A stretch of 64,000 nt of DNA from assembly GCA_051859245.1 (NCBI GenBank), contig JBHYGA010000001.1, forward strand, positions 288,001 through 352,000, written 5' to 3'. Source of the DNA: Gemmatimonadaceae bacterium (lineage in GTDB: Bacteria; Gemmatimonadota; Gemmatimonadetes; Gemmatimonadales; Gemmatimonadaceae). The position numbers and the translations under genes are program-made. Positions within the stretch are counted from its first letter, which is position 1. Each line of letters begins with the position of its first letter. This document shows, piece after piece, positions 28,433-37,293 of the stretch. The notes under the pieces were generated by a model. It worked only from the letters and a program-made list of their open reading frames with translations. It ran no database searches and had not been told where the DNA came from.

Positions 28433-28900
28433 TTAGTCTGTGCGGTCACGCTGTTGCACACGGGCCTTACCCGAAGTGCTCGCCACTCTTGAGGGATGGC
28501 GCGTCAGTGATTTGATGAACTCGGCGCGACGAAAGCGGAGTGCCGACCAATCTTCGTCAATCGCGACCTGTCGGACTCCTTCAAATCCGGCCGCGCCAAT
28601 AGCGGCCCAGCCGGTGTCGCGGTTGAACTCGCATCTGTAGCGTTTGGATGTGCCTTTCGGATACGCCAACCAGATCACGGGATCACCCGCAATGTTCGGC
28701 AGCCGTTTTGCGATCGCGTCAACTTCAGCGAGCGTTCGCACAAATCCGATGACGAAAGCGATGTGCGCGTGTGTGGCCGGGTCGCGATGCACAGTCACAC
28801 CCGTAAGGAGCTGCAGCTCCGCCTCGAAACTCTGCGGTGCGTTGAGCACAACAATATCGCGATAAGTGCCGAGGTTCAGTTTGGTGAACAGTGGTGTCAT
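28433..28900 (-). CDS. Conserved hypothetical protein
   Basis: WLAYPKGTSK...NRDTGW...VRQVAIDEDWSALRFR pattern; start overlaps the upstream stop (TAATG). Confidence 0.75.
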   Translation of the reverse strand: MTPLFTKLNLGTYRDIVVLNAPQSFEAELQLLTGVTVHRDPATHAHIAFVIGFVRTLAEVDAIAKRLPNIAGDPVIWLAYPKGTSKRYRCEFNRDTGWAAIGAAGFEGVRQVAIDEDWSALRFRRAEFIKSLTRHPSRVASTSGKARVQQRDRTD

Positions 28901-29181
28901 TAAAAGAATCGGCCAGGGTCGCCAGGCAGTAATGATCGAGCGGAAGACCGTATAATGTCGCGCGCGCGCTCCGCCCACACAAATGTGGCCCCGGCGACAC
29001 CAAGAAGTGCGGACGCGAGCATCAGCACCTTGGCGTAGCCCCAATGCACATCCGCAAGCTCGACCACAAATGGTGCCGCTGCGCGTCCAACCAACGAGAT
29101 CGTGGCGACAAAACCCGAGGCGACGCTGAAAAGTGTGGCGCCGAACCACTTGACGACAATGTCAACACGATCAAGCGTCAT
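28900..29181 (-). CDS. Small hypothetical membrane protein (2 TM)
   Basis: Two hydrophobic stretches; fills the gap in a co-oriented run. Confidence 0.5.
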   Translation of the reverse strand: MTLDRVDIVVKWFGATLFSVASGFVATISLVGRAAAPFVVELADVHWGYAKVLMLASALLGVAGATFVWAERARDIIRSSARSLLPGDPGRFF

Positions 29182-29208
29182 CGCAATCACTGCACCGGGC
29201 GCGGCCAC

Positions 29209-29406
29209 TCAGTGTTCCGCCACGGCGTTGCAGCCACAACCGCTGCCGCCGCTTGCTTTGACATCGGCGTCGAGCGCGCAACACCCGTCAGTGCCACTCG
29301 GCGCGGCACCACCGCAGCAGCCACTGGCCGCCGGTTCGCTCGCGCGCCGTGGAAGTACCGTCACGATCAGCGCCGACGTCTCAAGATTTTGTATCACAAT
29401 CGCCAT
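29209..29406 (-). CDS. 65-aa Cys-rich microprotein (CC...CC...CxC)
   Basis: GGAGA RBS; own ECF-type promoter at 29452-29479; six Cys in GCCGG, GCCAL and GCGC. Confidence 0.75.
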   Translation of the reverse strand: MAIVIQNLETSALIVTVLPRRASEPAASGCCGGAAPSGTDGCCALDADVKASGGSGCGCNAVAEH

Positions 29407-29442
29407 GTCTGTCTCCAGTTCGTGCGACAGACCATTCTGTCG

Positions 29443-30084
29443 CTACTCCTGAAGACGTCGCTCGCGCGAAATAGACGCAGGGGTGGGGCCGCACACCGAA
29501 CGGTCGCGAACCGCGTAGTCAATCACGCCGCCGCGCACATCGCGCTCGACCTCACAGCAGCGCAGCATCTGCGTTCGCATCTGGTCACGCGCACGTTGCA
29601 CGCGTGATTTCATTCCAGAGAGGGAAATGCCTTCGCGCGCCGCCGCTTCCTGCTGCGTGAGTCCACGCACGGTGGTGAGTTCAAGCGCCGAGCGGTATGG
29701 CTCGTCCAACTGCTTGACGAACGGCGCAAGACACGACGTCAGCTCCATCATCTTTGACGCGTCATCGGCGCCAATATCTTCCAGCGTGTCCAGGTCGGTG
29801 GAGTCGGTGCGCGCGTCACGTCGCTGATGTGCGCGCAGTGCATCGGCAACTGCGGAGCGCGCTGTTCGAAACACCCACGCGTCAAGCCGCTCGACTTCCG
29901 CGAGCGACGGCAGGTTGCGCAGGATTCTGACAAAGATGTCCTGGACTATGTCGTCGGCGTCAATCGACTCCGGAACACGCCGACGCACAAACGAGCGCAA
30001 CGGCGCCGAAAACTCGGCCCACACCGCGGAGATCTCGTTTACTGACGCTTCAGTGGTGCTCGCCGCATCGCGTGGTGTTGCCAT
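29443..30084 (-). CDS. sigZ: SigZ-type ECF sigma-70 factor
   Basis: Region 2 DDIVQDIF...AWVFRTAR; region 4 GISLSGMKSRVQRAR; C-terminal CC...D.RG extension typical of SigZ-like proteins. Confidence 0.8.
   Translation of the reverse strand: MATPRDAASTTEASVNEISAVWAEFSAPLRSFVRRRVPESIDADDIVQDIFVRILRNLPSLAEVERLDAWVFRTARSAVADALRAHQRRDARTDSTDLDTLEDIGADDASKMMELTSCLAPFVKQLDEPYRSALELTTVRGLTQQEAAAREGISLSGMKSRVQRARDQMRTQMLRCCEVERDVRGGVIDYAVRDRSVCGPTPASISRERRLQE
29452..29479 (-). promoter_or_regulatory. Internal ECF-type promoter P2 in the sigZ 3' end
   Basis: Minus strand TGCGTC-tatttcgcgcgagcga-CGTCTT; same boxes and 16-nt spacer as P1. Confidence 0.7.
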
Positions 30085-30129
30085 GGCTCCTGGTCTCCCT
30101 GTTCGAACCGTTCGTCCTCGCTGACTGGT

Positions 30130-30157
30130 AAGACGTTGCCGCGCTCAAAAGGACGCA
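30130..30157 (-). promoter_or_regulatory. Probable autoregulatory ECF promoter P1 upstream of sigZ
   Basis: Minus strand TGCGTC-cttttgagcgcggcaa-CGTCTT; ECF-like CGTC -10 element. Confidence 0.7.
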
Positions 30158-30192
30158 AAGCGGGTGTGAAGCGCCTCGAACCTGCGATGCAG

Positions 30193-30939
30193 CTACTCGT
30201 TGTCCCCGTCAGACGAGTCGTCGAAGAGATACCGGAAGTACCGCGCCGGATCGTTCAGGAAGGCACGCGAGAGTTGAAAGTGCTCGGTGTCTTCGTATGC
30301 AACAGGGACGATCTCGCCGTCTTCAAAGCTGAGCACCTGGGCACCCGGCAGGCAGATCAGCATGGGGGAGTGCGTCGCCACGATAAACTGCGCGACGCGC
30401 TGCGACGCGAGCGAATGCATGATCCGCATGAAAGCGAGCTGACGCTGCGGTGAGAGCGCCGCCTCTGGCTCGTCCAGCAAATACAACCCGTCTTCGAACC
30501 GATGCTCAAAGAGCGCCAGAAATGCTTCGCCGTGTGAACGTTCGTGAAGCGAGCGCCCGCCGTAGCGACGAAACTCGGTGTCTGTTTCTTCGAGTTGCGT
30601 TGAAAACTGGTGAAACGTTTCGGCGCGCAGAAAAAAGCCGTCGGTCGAACGCTGTCGCCACGCGAGTGAGAGGGCACGACCAAGTGCGTGCCCCTCGGTG
30701 CTCTCGGTAAACTGGTGATCGCGGCTGCCGCCGTGCATGCCAAAGCCGGTGCTCCACGCGAGTGCCTCGAGTAGCGTGGACTTGCCCGATCCGTTTTCGC
30801 CAACGAGAAACGTGACCGGCGTTTTGAACTCGAGCGATAGCCCGTTGGCGACGATCGGCAGTGAGAATGGATGTACGCCCGGTTGCACGCGATCTTCACG
30901 CAGTGACACGCGCGTGAGAAACGGACTGCCGGCAAGCAA
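30193..30939 (-). CDS. Stand-alone ABC/AAA ATPase (COG3910-like)
   Basis: GENGSGKST, FFLRAE, SHGEAF, LDEPEAALSP and ATHSP motifs. Confidence 0.88.
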   Translation of the reverse strand: MLAGSPFLTRVSLREDRVQPGVHPFSLPIVANGLSLEFKTPVTFLVGENGSGKSTLLEALAWSTGFGMHGGSRDHQFTESTEGHALGRALSLAWRQRSTDGFFLRAETFHQFSTQLEETDTEFRRYGGRSLHERSHGEAFLALFEHRFEDGLYLLDEPEAALSPQRQLAFMRIMHSLASQRVAQFIVATHSPMLICLPGAQVLSFEDGEIVPVAYEDTEHFQLSRAFLNDPARYFRYLFDDSSDGDNE

Positions 30940-30953
30940 TCGGGCGCCCAGCG

Positions 30954-31502
30954 CTATTGTTGCGGTGGCAACACCGTAAAGGTGTTGGACACACGCTCGC
31001 TTTCCGGGAGCAGATCAACCGCCGACCATCCACCGCTCCGGTCTGTGGACTGCACCTCAAAGACGAGGCGGAACGCACCGGTGCGGGTTTCCATGCCGAT
31101 TGGCGGACTCGCATTGGGCGATTCGCTGCTGTACAGCGTGAGTTCTCGACTGAACGTCTCGCCGGGACCAACGGCAATGGGCGCACGCTGCGGCGCGCTG
31201 ATACAGACCGACCCGCCGAGCCACACGCTTTCCTCACGATCATCCGCCCGCATCAGGTACGCCGACGGATCCTCGCCGTACCCGCACGCGCGATGCAGAT
31301 AGACAGTCGAAGCAGACTTGTTCGCATACTGTGCAAGCACCTTGATGGAATACATCCCGGGCTGGTGATCCAGCGTGTACACACTGCGATCCGTCTGCCA
31401 TGGCGAGTTCGCCGAGTCGGGTAGCAGGTCAACCGGCGCCGCCGGATCCGCTGCGCAACCCGCCAGTGCGAACGCTGCCACCACCATTCCGATGTACCGC
31501 AT
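30954..31502 (-). CDS. Hypothetical lipoprotein
   Basis: GGAGGA RBS; MRYIGMVVAAFALAGC lipobox; beta-rich body with a Cys pair. Confidence 0.7.
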   Translation of the reverse strand: MRYIGMVVAAFALAGCAADPAAPVDLLPDSANSPWQTDRSVYTLDHQPGMYSIKVLAQYANKSASTVYLHRACGYGEDPSAYLMRADDREESVWLGGSVCISAPQRAPIAVGPGETFSRELTLYSSESPNASPPIGMETRTGAFRLVFEVQSTDRSGGWSAVDLLPESERVSNTFTVLPPQQ

Positions 31503-31528
31503 GTGTCCTCCCGAACGCAAAATCATGT

Positions 31529-31978
31529 TTATCGATTGCCGTTGTCCATATCGGACGCGATCAGCCACCGTCCACTCGGCGCGCGACGCAACGTGAGCGT
31601 GAACTTGCCCATGTCAGCCGTCTCGTTCCCGTAGCGGTACCCACCTATGATATACGCTACTGTATCGGCCGCGCCGAACGCCAGTGCGCGCAGCGTGAGC
31701 GGACCTCCGCCTTGCCCGCGATACACATTCGTCATGGCATCCGTTCCGCGCGCCGGTGGACGACCCGGCTGCATGACGAACCCATCCGGAGTGAACAGCG
31801 CGACCAACGCGTCAACATCTTTCGCTCGCCATGCGCGTTCGTAGTCTCGGAGCACGCGATCAAGCGCGGCGGGTAAACGCACGCTTGGCAGCGAGTCCGC
31901 AGGTGTGGCTGATCCCTGTGCTGATACGGGCCGCGCCAGCACCACGTAGAGCATCGTAAGCACAGCAAATCGAAGCAT
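31529..31978 (-). CDS. Exported NTF2/DUF4440 (SnoaL-like) protein
   Basis: Signal peptide; YERAWRAKDVDALVALFTPDG...GRWLI. Confidence 0.85.
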   Translation of the reverse strand: MLRFAVLTMLYVVLARPVSAQGSATPADSLPSVRLPAALDRVLRDYERAWRAKDVDALVALFTPDGFVMQPGRPPARGTDAMTNVYRGQGGGPLTLRALAFGAADTVAYIIGGYRYGNETADMGKFTLTLRRAPSGRWLIASDMDNGNR

Positions 31979-32098
31979 TGGACAGGCCGTGGCGAGGGGT
32001 GTGGGGAACGAGGATGCCGAAGTGGCCACCACGTCGATTCGGCGCTACCTTCTCGCCGCTTGCGTACCGATGGCCACCTCTTCTTCGGGTCTCTCGCC

Positions 32099-33322
32099 AT
32101 GAACGATAACGCGTCGCGCATCACTCGCCGCCACTTGCTCGGGTCAGTCGCGGGCGCCACTGCCGCGTTGGCGCTGTCGCCGAAGGGCGCGATGGCCGAA
32201 GTGGTACCGCGCCCGGCGCACGGAGCGTCTGACGAGTCAGGCGCGGGAGACCCGCTCGCCAGCATCTCTGATTTCGAGATCGCGGCTCGTGTGCGCATGT
32301 CCTCTATGGCGTATGAGTACGTGAGTGGCGGTGCGGGGGACGAAAAGACGCTTGCGTGGAATCAGAGTGCCTACAGCGAGATCAAGCTGCGGTCTCGCGT
32401 ACTGGTTGACGTGTCGCAGTTGGACACGTCGGTACAGTTGTTCGGTCGCACACTGTCGCATCCCATTCTGCTGGCTCCTACAGCGTACCACAAGCTCGTG
32501 CATGCCGACGGTGAGATTGCAACGGCCCGCGGCGCCGCGGATGCCGATACCACAATGATCGTCAGTTCATTCGCGACGGTACGCATTGAAGAGATCGCAC
32601 GCGCCGTGCCAGGCGCACCACTCTGGTTTCAATTGTACGTGCAACCTGATCGTGAGTTTACGCGTGCGTTGGTGCAGCGTGCTGAAGCCGCAGGCTGTCA
32701 AGCGCTGTGTCTCACCGTAGACACACCCGTACTCGGTGCACGCAACCGCGAAACACGGATCGCGTTTCAGCTACCTGCCGGTATGAGCCGTGCAAATCTT
32801 GAGAGCCTGTCGGCCGCAACCGCGAGCAGCTCGCATCGTCCGCCGGAAGGGGCGATCTACAGCGAAGTGCTGGAGCCGAGGCTTACCTGGAAAGACGTGG
32901 AGTGGTTGCGTGGCATTGCGAAGGTGCCGGTGTTGTTGAAGGGTGTTCTCGATGCAGAGGACGCGAAGCGCGCCGTAGATGCGGGCGTGCATGGCCTGAT
33001 CGTCTCGAATCATGGCGCGCGCAATCTGGATACGGTGCCGGCCACGGTAACGGCGCTTCCGCGCGTCGCAGAAGCCGTCAACGGTCGACTGCCCATTCTG
33101 TTAGACGGCGGGATACGTCGCGGAACTGATGTGCTCAAGGCGCTCGCGCTAGGCGCAACGGCGGTCGCGATTGGCCGGCCGTACCTCTACGGTTTAGCCG
33201 TAGACGGCACGGCCGGTGTACGTCGAATCATTCAGATTCTGCAGACGGAGTTCGAGATGGCGATGGCGCTCACGGGACGCACGTCAATCTCGGCGATTGA
33301 TCACACGGTGCTGTGGGAGTGA
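32099..33322 (+). CDS. FMN-dependent alpha-hydroxy acid oxidase with twin-arginine signal
   Basis: TRRHLL Tat motif; LAPTA, WFQLY, TVD, LKG, SNHGAR and DGGIRRG motifs. Confidence 0.9.
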   Translation: MNDNASRITRRHLLGSVAGATAALALSPKGAMAEVVPRPAHGASDESGAGDPLASISDFEIAARVRMSSMAYEYVSGGAGDEKTLAWNQSAYSEIKLRSRVLVDVSQLDTSVQLFGRTLSHPILLAPTAYHKLVHADGEIATARGAADADTTMIVSSFATVRIEEIARAVPGAPLWFQLYVQPDREFTRALVQRAEAAGCQALCLTVDTPVLGARNRETRIAFQLPAGMSRANLESLSAATASSSHRPPEGAIYSEVLEPRLTWKDVEWLRGIAKVPVLLKGVLDAEDAKRAVDAGVHGLIVSNHGARNLDTVPATVTALPRVAEAVNGRLPILLDGGIRRGTDVLKALALGATAVAIGRPYLYGLAVDGTAGVRRIIQILQTEFEMAMALTGRTSISAIDHTVLWE

Positions 33323-33332
33323 CGCCGCAGGC

Positions 33333-34166
33333 CTATCGACGATCAATAATCACTTCCAGATACTCGCTTGGCAGTACCAGGGTCTCGTCACCTGAGCGGT
33401 TGTGCGATTCCATGAGCACCAGGAGGTCCTCGGTGAACGCGGCCTGGCGATCAGCATCGAGTGCGGCGAACGTTTTGTTCATCGGACCATAGAAGGTCCG
33501 AAACACTTCGATCCAGTGCACTGGCGAGCGGTAGCGAAAGACAAAATCGCGGCTCGTGATGTGAATCGCGGTGGCTGCGTCGCCAAATAGCTCCTCCAAT
33601 CGACCGCGCGTGCCCCAGAGACTTGGTGACTGCATACCGGCCGCAGGTGGGATGTATTTGCCGATGATTTTGAACAGTTGACCGATGAAGCTTTCCGGCG
33701 TCCAGTTCGCGAGGCCGATGCTGCCACCAGATCTGCACACGCGCGCGAGCTCAGACGCCGCTTGCGCTTGATTCGGTGTGAACATGACTCCAAACGTCGA
33801 TACCACGTGGTCGAACGACGCGCTGGCGAACGGCAGATTCTCGGCGTCCGCTTCCTGAAACTGAATGGTGAGTCCGTCAGCGTGCGCTCGAGTACGCGCA
33901 GACTCGAGTAGCGACGGCACGTAGTCTGTGGACGTGACATCACACCACCGGCGCGCTGCGGCGAGCGACGCGTTGCCATTGCCTGCCGCGACGTCGAGCA
34001 CGCGAGTGCCGGAGCGCACATCCATGGATTCGCAAAGCTGCTCACCAACGATTTGCAGTGTGGTCCCGATCACGGCGTAGTTCCCGGTGGCCCAGGCGAG
34101 CTGCTGACGAGTCTTGACGGCAACAAGGTCAGGGGCGGCGGGCGCGATGAGTGTGTCCTGTGACAT
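33333..34166 (-). CDS. Class I SAM-dependent methyltransferase (UbiE-like)
   Basis: VLDVAAGNG, ADAENLPF and STFGVMF motifs. Confidence 0.92.
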   Translation of the reverse strand: MSQDTLIAPAAPDLVAVKTRQQLAWATGNYAVIGTTLQIVGEQLCESMDVRSGTRVLDVAAGNGNASLAAARRWCDVTSTDYVPSLLESARTRAHADGLTIQFQEADAENLPFASASFDHVVSTFGVMFTPNQAQAASELARVCRSGGSIGLANWTPESFIGQLFKIIGKYIPPAAGMQSPSLWGTRGRLEELFGDAATAIHITSRDFVFRYRSPVHWIEVFRTFYGPMNKTFAALDADRQAAFTEDLLVLMESHNRSGDETLVLPSEYLEVIIDRR

Positions 34167-34243
34167 GGCGTAGTTCCTGGCGAAGGGAGACGAAGCGAGT
34201 GCAACGCGATGTCAGCACGATACCGAGCGAGGCGTACACCTCG

Positions 34244-34300
34244 CTTCGCCGCTTCCGGCCATCTTTTACGCATCGCTGAAAATGGCCCGTACGGGCCATT
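34244..34300 (-). promoter_or_regulatory. Paired LuxR-type boxes upstream of the methyltransferase
   Basis: Perfect 20-bp palindrome AATGGCCCGTACGGGCCATT (34281-34300); degenerate copy ATGGCCGGAAGCGGCGAAG (34262-34244, minus); -10-like TATCGT at 34222-34217. Confidence 0.7.
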
Positions 34301-34310
34301 CACGAATTGC

Positions 34311-35972
34311 TCAGAGCAGTGCGAGTCGCGCCGCGTGGGCAACGGCGGCAGACCGCGAAGGCACGCCGAGTTTGGTGAGCGTGTTCGCGACATGCCGGTG
34401 TACGGTGTGCTCACTGATACCGAGCTGTTCGGCGATGGCCGGGTTACCGAGACCGTTCGCAATCAGACGCAGCACTTGCAGCTGGCGTTTGGTGAGTAGT
34501 GCGTTTGGGCCTGACGTAGACGTCTCCGCAGGAGCACTGAGCAATGCATGCAGTCGACGCGCCCGATCTAACTCAACCGTCGCCTCCAGTGGTGCGAGCA
34601 CCGCGATCGCGCGTTCGACTTCACGCGCGGCCGCCGGATGTCGCTCCAGGGCAATCAGCGTGGCGGCCAAATCGAGCCCCGCACGACCGCGTTCAAACAA
34701 CGCCCCGCTTTTCTGAAATAAGTCGACGGCGTCTTCAAAATACGTCCGCGCCGCCTCGAGTTCACCCAAGCCATGTGAGACAACGCCGGACGCCAGTTTT
34801 TCCGATCCGCGCAGTGGCGCAGTGAGCGCCTGATTCGCGATGTCTCGCAACTCGAGTAGCGCAGCGCCTGCGCTGGCCATTTCGCCGCGCGCAACGCGCG
34901 CTCGCACCAGCAGCTCAAGCGCGGCAACGCGCTCCGTTCGGTTGTGCGGCGGGAGTTGACGCAGATGACGCTCCGCAAGATTGTCGGCCGTCTCCCAATC
35001 GTTGCGATCCAGCGCGACGGCCGCATGTCCGACGGCGGCGAGCGGGTGCGATCCTGAACGATCGAACAGACTGGTTGCCTCGTCCAGCTTACCTTGTCGC
35101 CGACGCAGTTCTCCCAATCGTACAAGCGCTTCGGCGACCATGCCGGGACGACTGGCCGCGAGTTCTTTACTAGCTGCTTCGAGTTCAGCTTCTGCTTCTG
35201 TCCACGCTCCCCGCCACATGCATGCGGAGGCGTACTGCGTTCGACACACCGCGAACAGCACACGGAACTCCCATCGCGCACAAAACTCTCGTAGGCGGGC
35301 GCACCACTGCACCGCGCGATCGTAGTCGCGTACACGATCGCACGCGGCGATGAGGTAGCAACACGCCAGACCGATCGACACCCGGTCTGTCATTTCGCCG
35401 GCCAGCACAGCGGCGTTCACACTATCGAGTTCCGCCATGCCTTCCGGAATTCGACCTGACGTTGCGAGCGCGAAGCCACGCAAAGCGCGACCCACCAACT
35501 CGTGATCGATCGCCCCCGAGGTTTTGCCCGCGATGATCGCTTCCTCGGCGTGCGCGAGTGCCGCTTCGGGGTTGCCATGATCGAGCAACTCAAACGCCGC
35601 CTCACGCACCGAGAGCCAGGCGTACTCGGCTACGTCGTGATGGCCGACCAGTAGTTCGCGCGCACGCTTGAGCCACCCACTGGCGACTGCGTATTCACCG
35701 CGAAACGCATCGTGATCCCACGCCAACCAGACGGCAACCCGAGCCGCCGAAATCTCGTCGCCCCGAGCGCGATAGGCACGGTACGCGCGCTCTCGCGATG
35801 CGAAGACCACGTCCGACAGATCCAACCACCATGCCGCCAGTCCCTGTCCCTCAAGCGCCTCTGCGTTGTCCGGTTGCGCTGTCGATGCCGCATCAAAGGC
35901 CCGGTAGGATTCGCTCCACGCGCCACGTGCCAGGGCATCATTGCCCGCGAGCACCAATCCGTTTTGCGTCAA
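34311..35972 (-). CDS. TPR-rich regulator with C-terminal LuxR HTH
   Basis: LTKRQLQVLRLIANGLGNPAIAEQLGISEHTVHRHV; helical repeats; no Walker A motif. Confidence 0.9.
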   Translation of the reverse strand: MTQNGLVLAGNDALARGAWSESYRAFDAASTAQPDNAEALEGQGLAAWWLDLSDVVFASRERAYRAYRARGDEISAARVAVWLAWDHDAFRGEYAVASGWLKRARELLVGHHDVAEYAWLSVREAAFELLDHGNPEAALAHAEEAIIAGKTSGAIDHELVGRALRGFALATSGRIPEGMAELDSVNAAVLAGEMTDRVSIGLACCYLIAACDRVRDYDRAVQWCARLREFCARWEFRVLFAVCRTQYASACMWRGAWTEAEAELEAASKELAASRPGMVAEALVRLGELRRRQGKLDEATSLFDRSGSHPLAAVGHAAVALDRNDWETADNLAERHLRQLPPHNRTERVAALELLVRARVARGEMASAGAALLELRDIANQALTAPLRGSEKLASGVVSHGLGELEAARTYFEDAVDLFQKSGALFERGRAGLDLAATLIALERHPAAAREVERAIAVLAPLEATVELDRARRLHALLSAPAETSTSGPNALLTKRQLQVLRLIANGLGNPAIAEQLGISEHTVHRHVANTLTKLGVPSRSAAVAHAARLALL

Positions 35973-36224
35973 GGGACCTACACGCGAGTGCGTGGCGAAG
36001 AGACAGAAGCGCCGGAGTTGGCGCGGCGGGCACCAAGACGTTAGCGCCGAGTCTTGGCATGAACAAGCAGCGCCGAAGGTGACGATATTGGTATCGCGTG
36101 CGTTCCGCGGTCAGGTGACCGACAGGTGATGCGCGGGTGACCGGAGGTGTCGGGTGAGCGATCGAGGGAGCCAAACTCCATGCCGTGCAGGTTGGCACTC
36201 ACCTTTCGATGAGGGTACGACGTC

Positions 36225-37286
36225 GTGATCGTTTTCGGACAGCTGTTGGCTTTGGGGCTCGTTGCCACGCTCTTCACCTTGGCGCGCATGCAGCTGGCCG
36301 GAGCGCCAGGTGGAGATGGTGGCGTTGGATACGCCTGGGCAATGATGATCGGACACGCCGCCGTGCTTGCCCTGTTGCTGGCCCTCACCGCTGTTGTTGG
36401 GCTTTCGGGGCGGTTACCGGCGACATACTTGGGCTGGAGCCAGCGACTCGTGCCGGCATTGCTCTTTGTTGGCGTGAGCAGCGGCCTTGCGGCCATGGTT
36501 GCCATGGAATCACCGACAGGTGGCGTGCATCCGTTGAGCGTGCGTGCGGCGATCCGGTTGGCGCCGCTCCTGGTGCCGTTTTTTCTCACGCTGACCGGCG
36601 CGCTGCTCTTGAGTGCACCGTCACTACGCGAGGCATTGGTTGCCTGGCCGACTCGGCTGCTCTCGCTGGTGCTGATCGGCTCAGTCGCGTCCACTGTTGT
36701 GCTGCTTGCCCCCAACGCGATTCGATGGATCGACGTGCAGCGACAGTTGGCAAGTCGTGATCCGGATGCACTCGATTCCTTTCAGCAGCAGGTACTTGAC
36801 GGCGTCAATGCAGCCGATCCGTCGAGGCAGTTTGCGTCGCTGCTCGAGGCAACGCGCGATGGCAACCATCGCACGATCCGCGAGCGCGCGCTGACCCGGA
36901 TTCACGAGGTGCCCGACTGGGAAGATCGGTTACGCTCCGAACTCTCCGACGGTAATGCCCACGCCGCGTTCACCTATTTGGCATCCGCCGATGTGTCAAC
37001 TCCACGCACGTTTCTGGACGCCGCCATCGCCGGCGTTTCAGCTGAGGCGGAACGCGTTCGCACGCGCATGGGAAACGCCTCACATTCCTCGCACCTGTAC
37101 GAAGGATTGATGGCTCGGGACGTTGATGCGATTCTTCGCTCGCTCTCAAAGCTGCCAGCCGACGACACGCGTCTGCATGCCGCATTGCGCGACCTGCGTG
37201 CGGCGTTCGCCGAACCAACACCGTGGCCGCACCCACCATATCGCGCGGTCGCCGAAATCGATCAATGGCTACGTCGCCACTCCTGA
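36225..37286 (+). CDS. Hypothetical protein with about 5 N-terminal TM helices and a soluble helical domain
   Basis: Long ORF with hydrophobic N-terminal half (GGDGGVGYAW). Confidence 0.7.
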   Translation: MIVFGQLLALGLVATLFTLARMQLAGAPGGDGGVGYAWAMMIGHAAVLALLLALTAVVGLSGRLPATYLGWSQRLVPALLFVGVSSGLAAMVAMESPTGGVHPLSVRAAIRLAPLLVPFFLTLTGALLLSAPSLREALVAWPTRLLSLVLIGSVASTVVLLAPNAIRWIDVQRQLASRDPDALDSFQQQVLDGVNAADPSRQFASLLEATRDGNHRTIRERALTRIHEVPDWEDRLRSELSDGNAHAAFTYLASADVSTPRTFLDAAIAGVSAEAERVRTRMGNASHSSHLYEGLMARDVDAILRSLSKLPADDTRLHAALRDLRAAFAEPTPWPHPPYRAVAEIDQWLRRHS

Positions 37287-37293
37287 GGAAACC

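Noticed and set aside
29209..29406. Cys-rich peptide as a RiPP precursor
   Set aside because: No radical SAM, YcaO, lanthipeptide or other maturase nearby; the CC/CC/CxC pattern and sigma-factor context fit metal binding better
30193..30939. ATPase as part of an anti-phage system (AAA_21 plus nuclease)
   Set aside because: No partner nuclease, TOPRIM or other effector gene is adjacent; it matches the common stand-alone COG3910 type
36033..36057. CCAAGAC-N11-GTCTTGG inverted repeat
   Set aside because: Single 7-bp stem with no U-tract or second copy; cannot be told from chance
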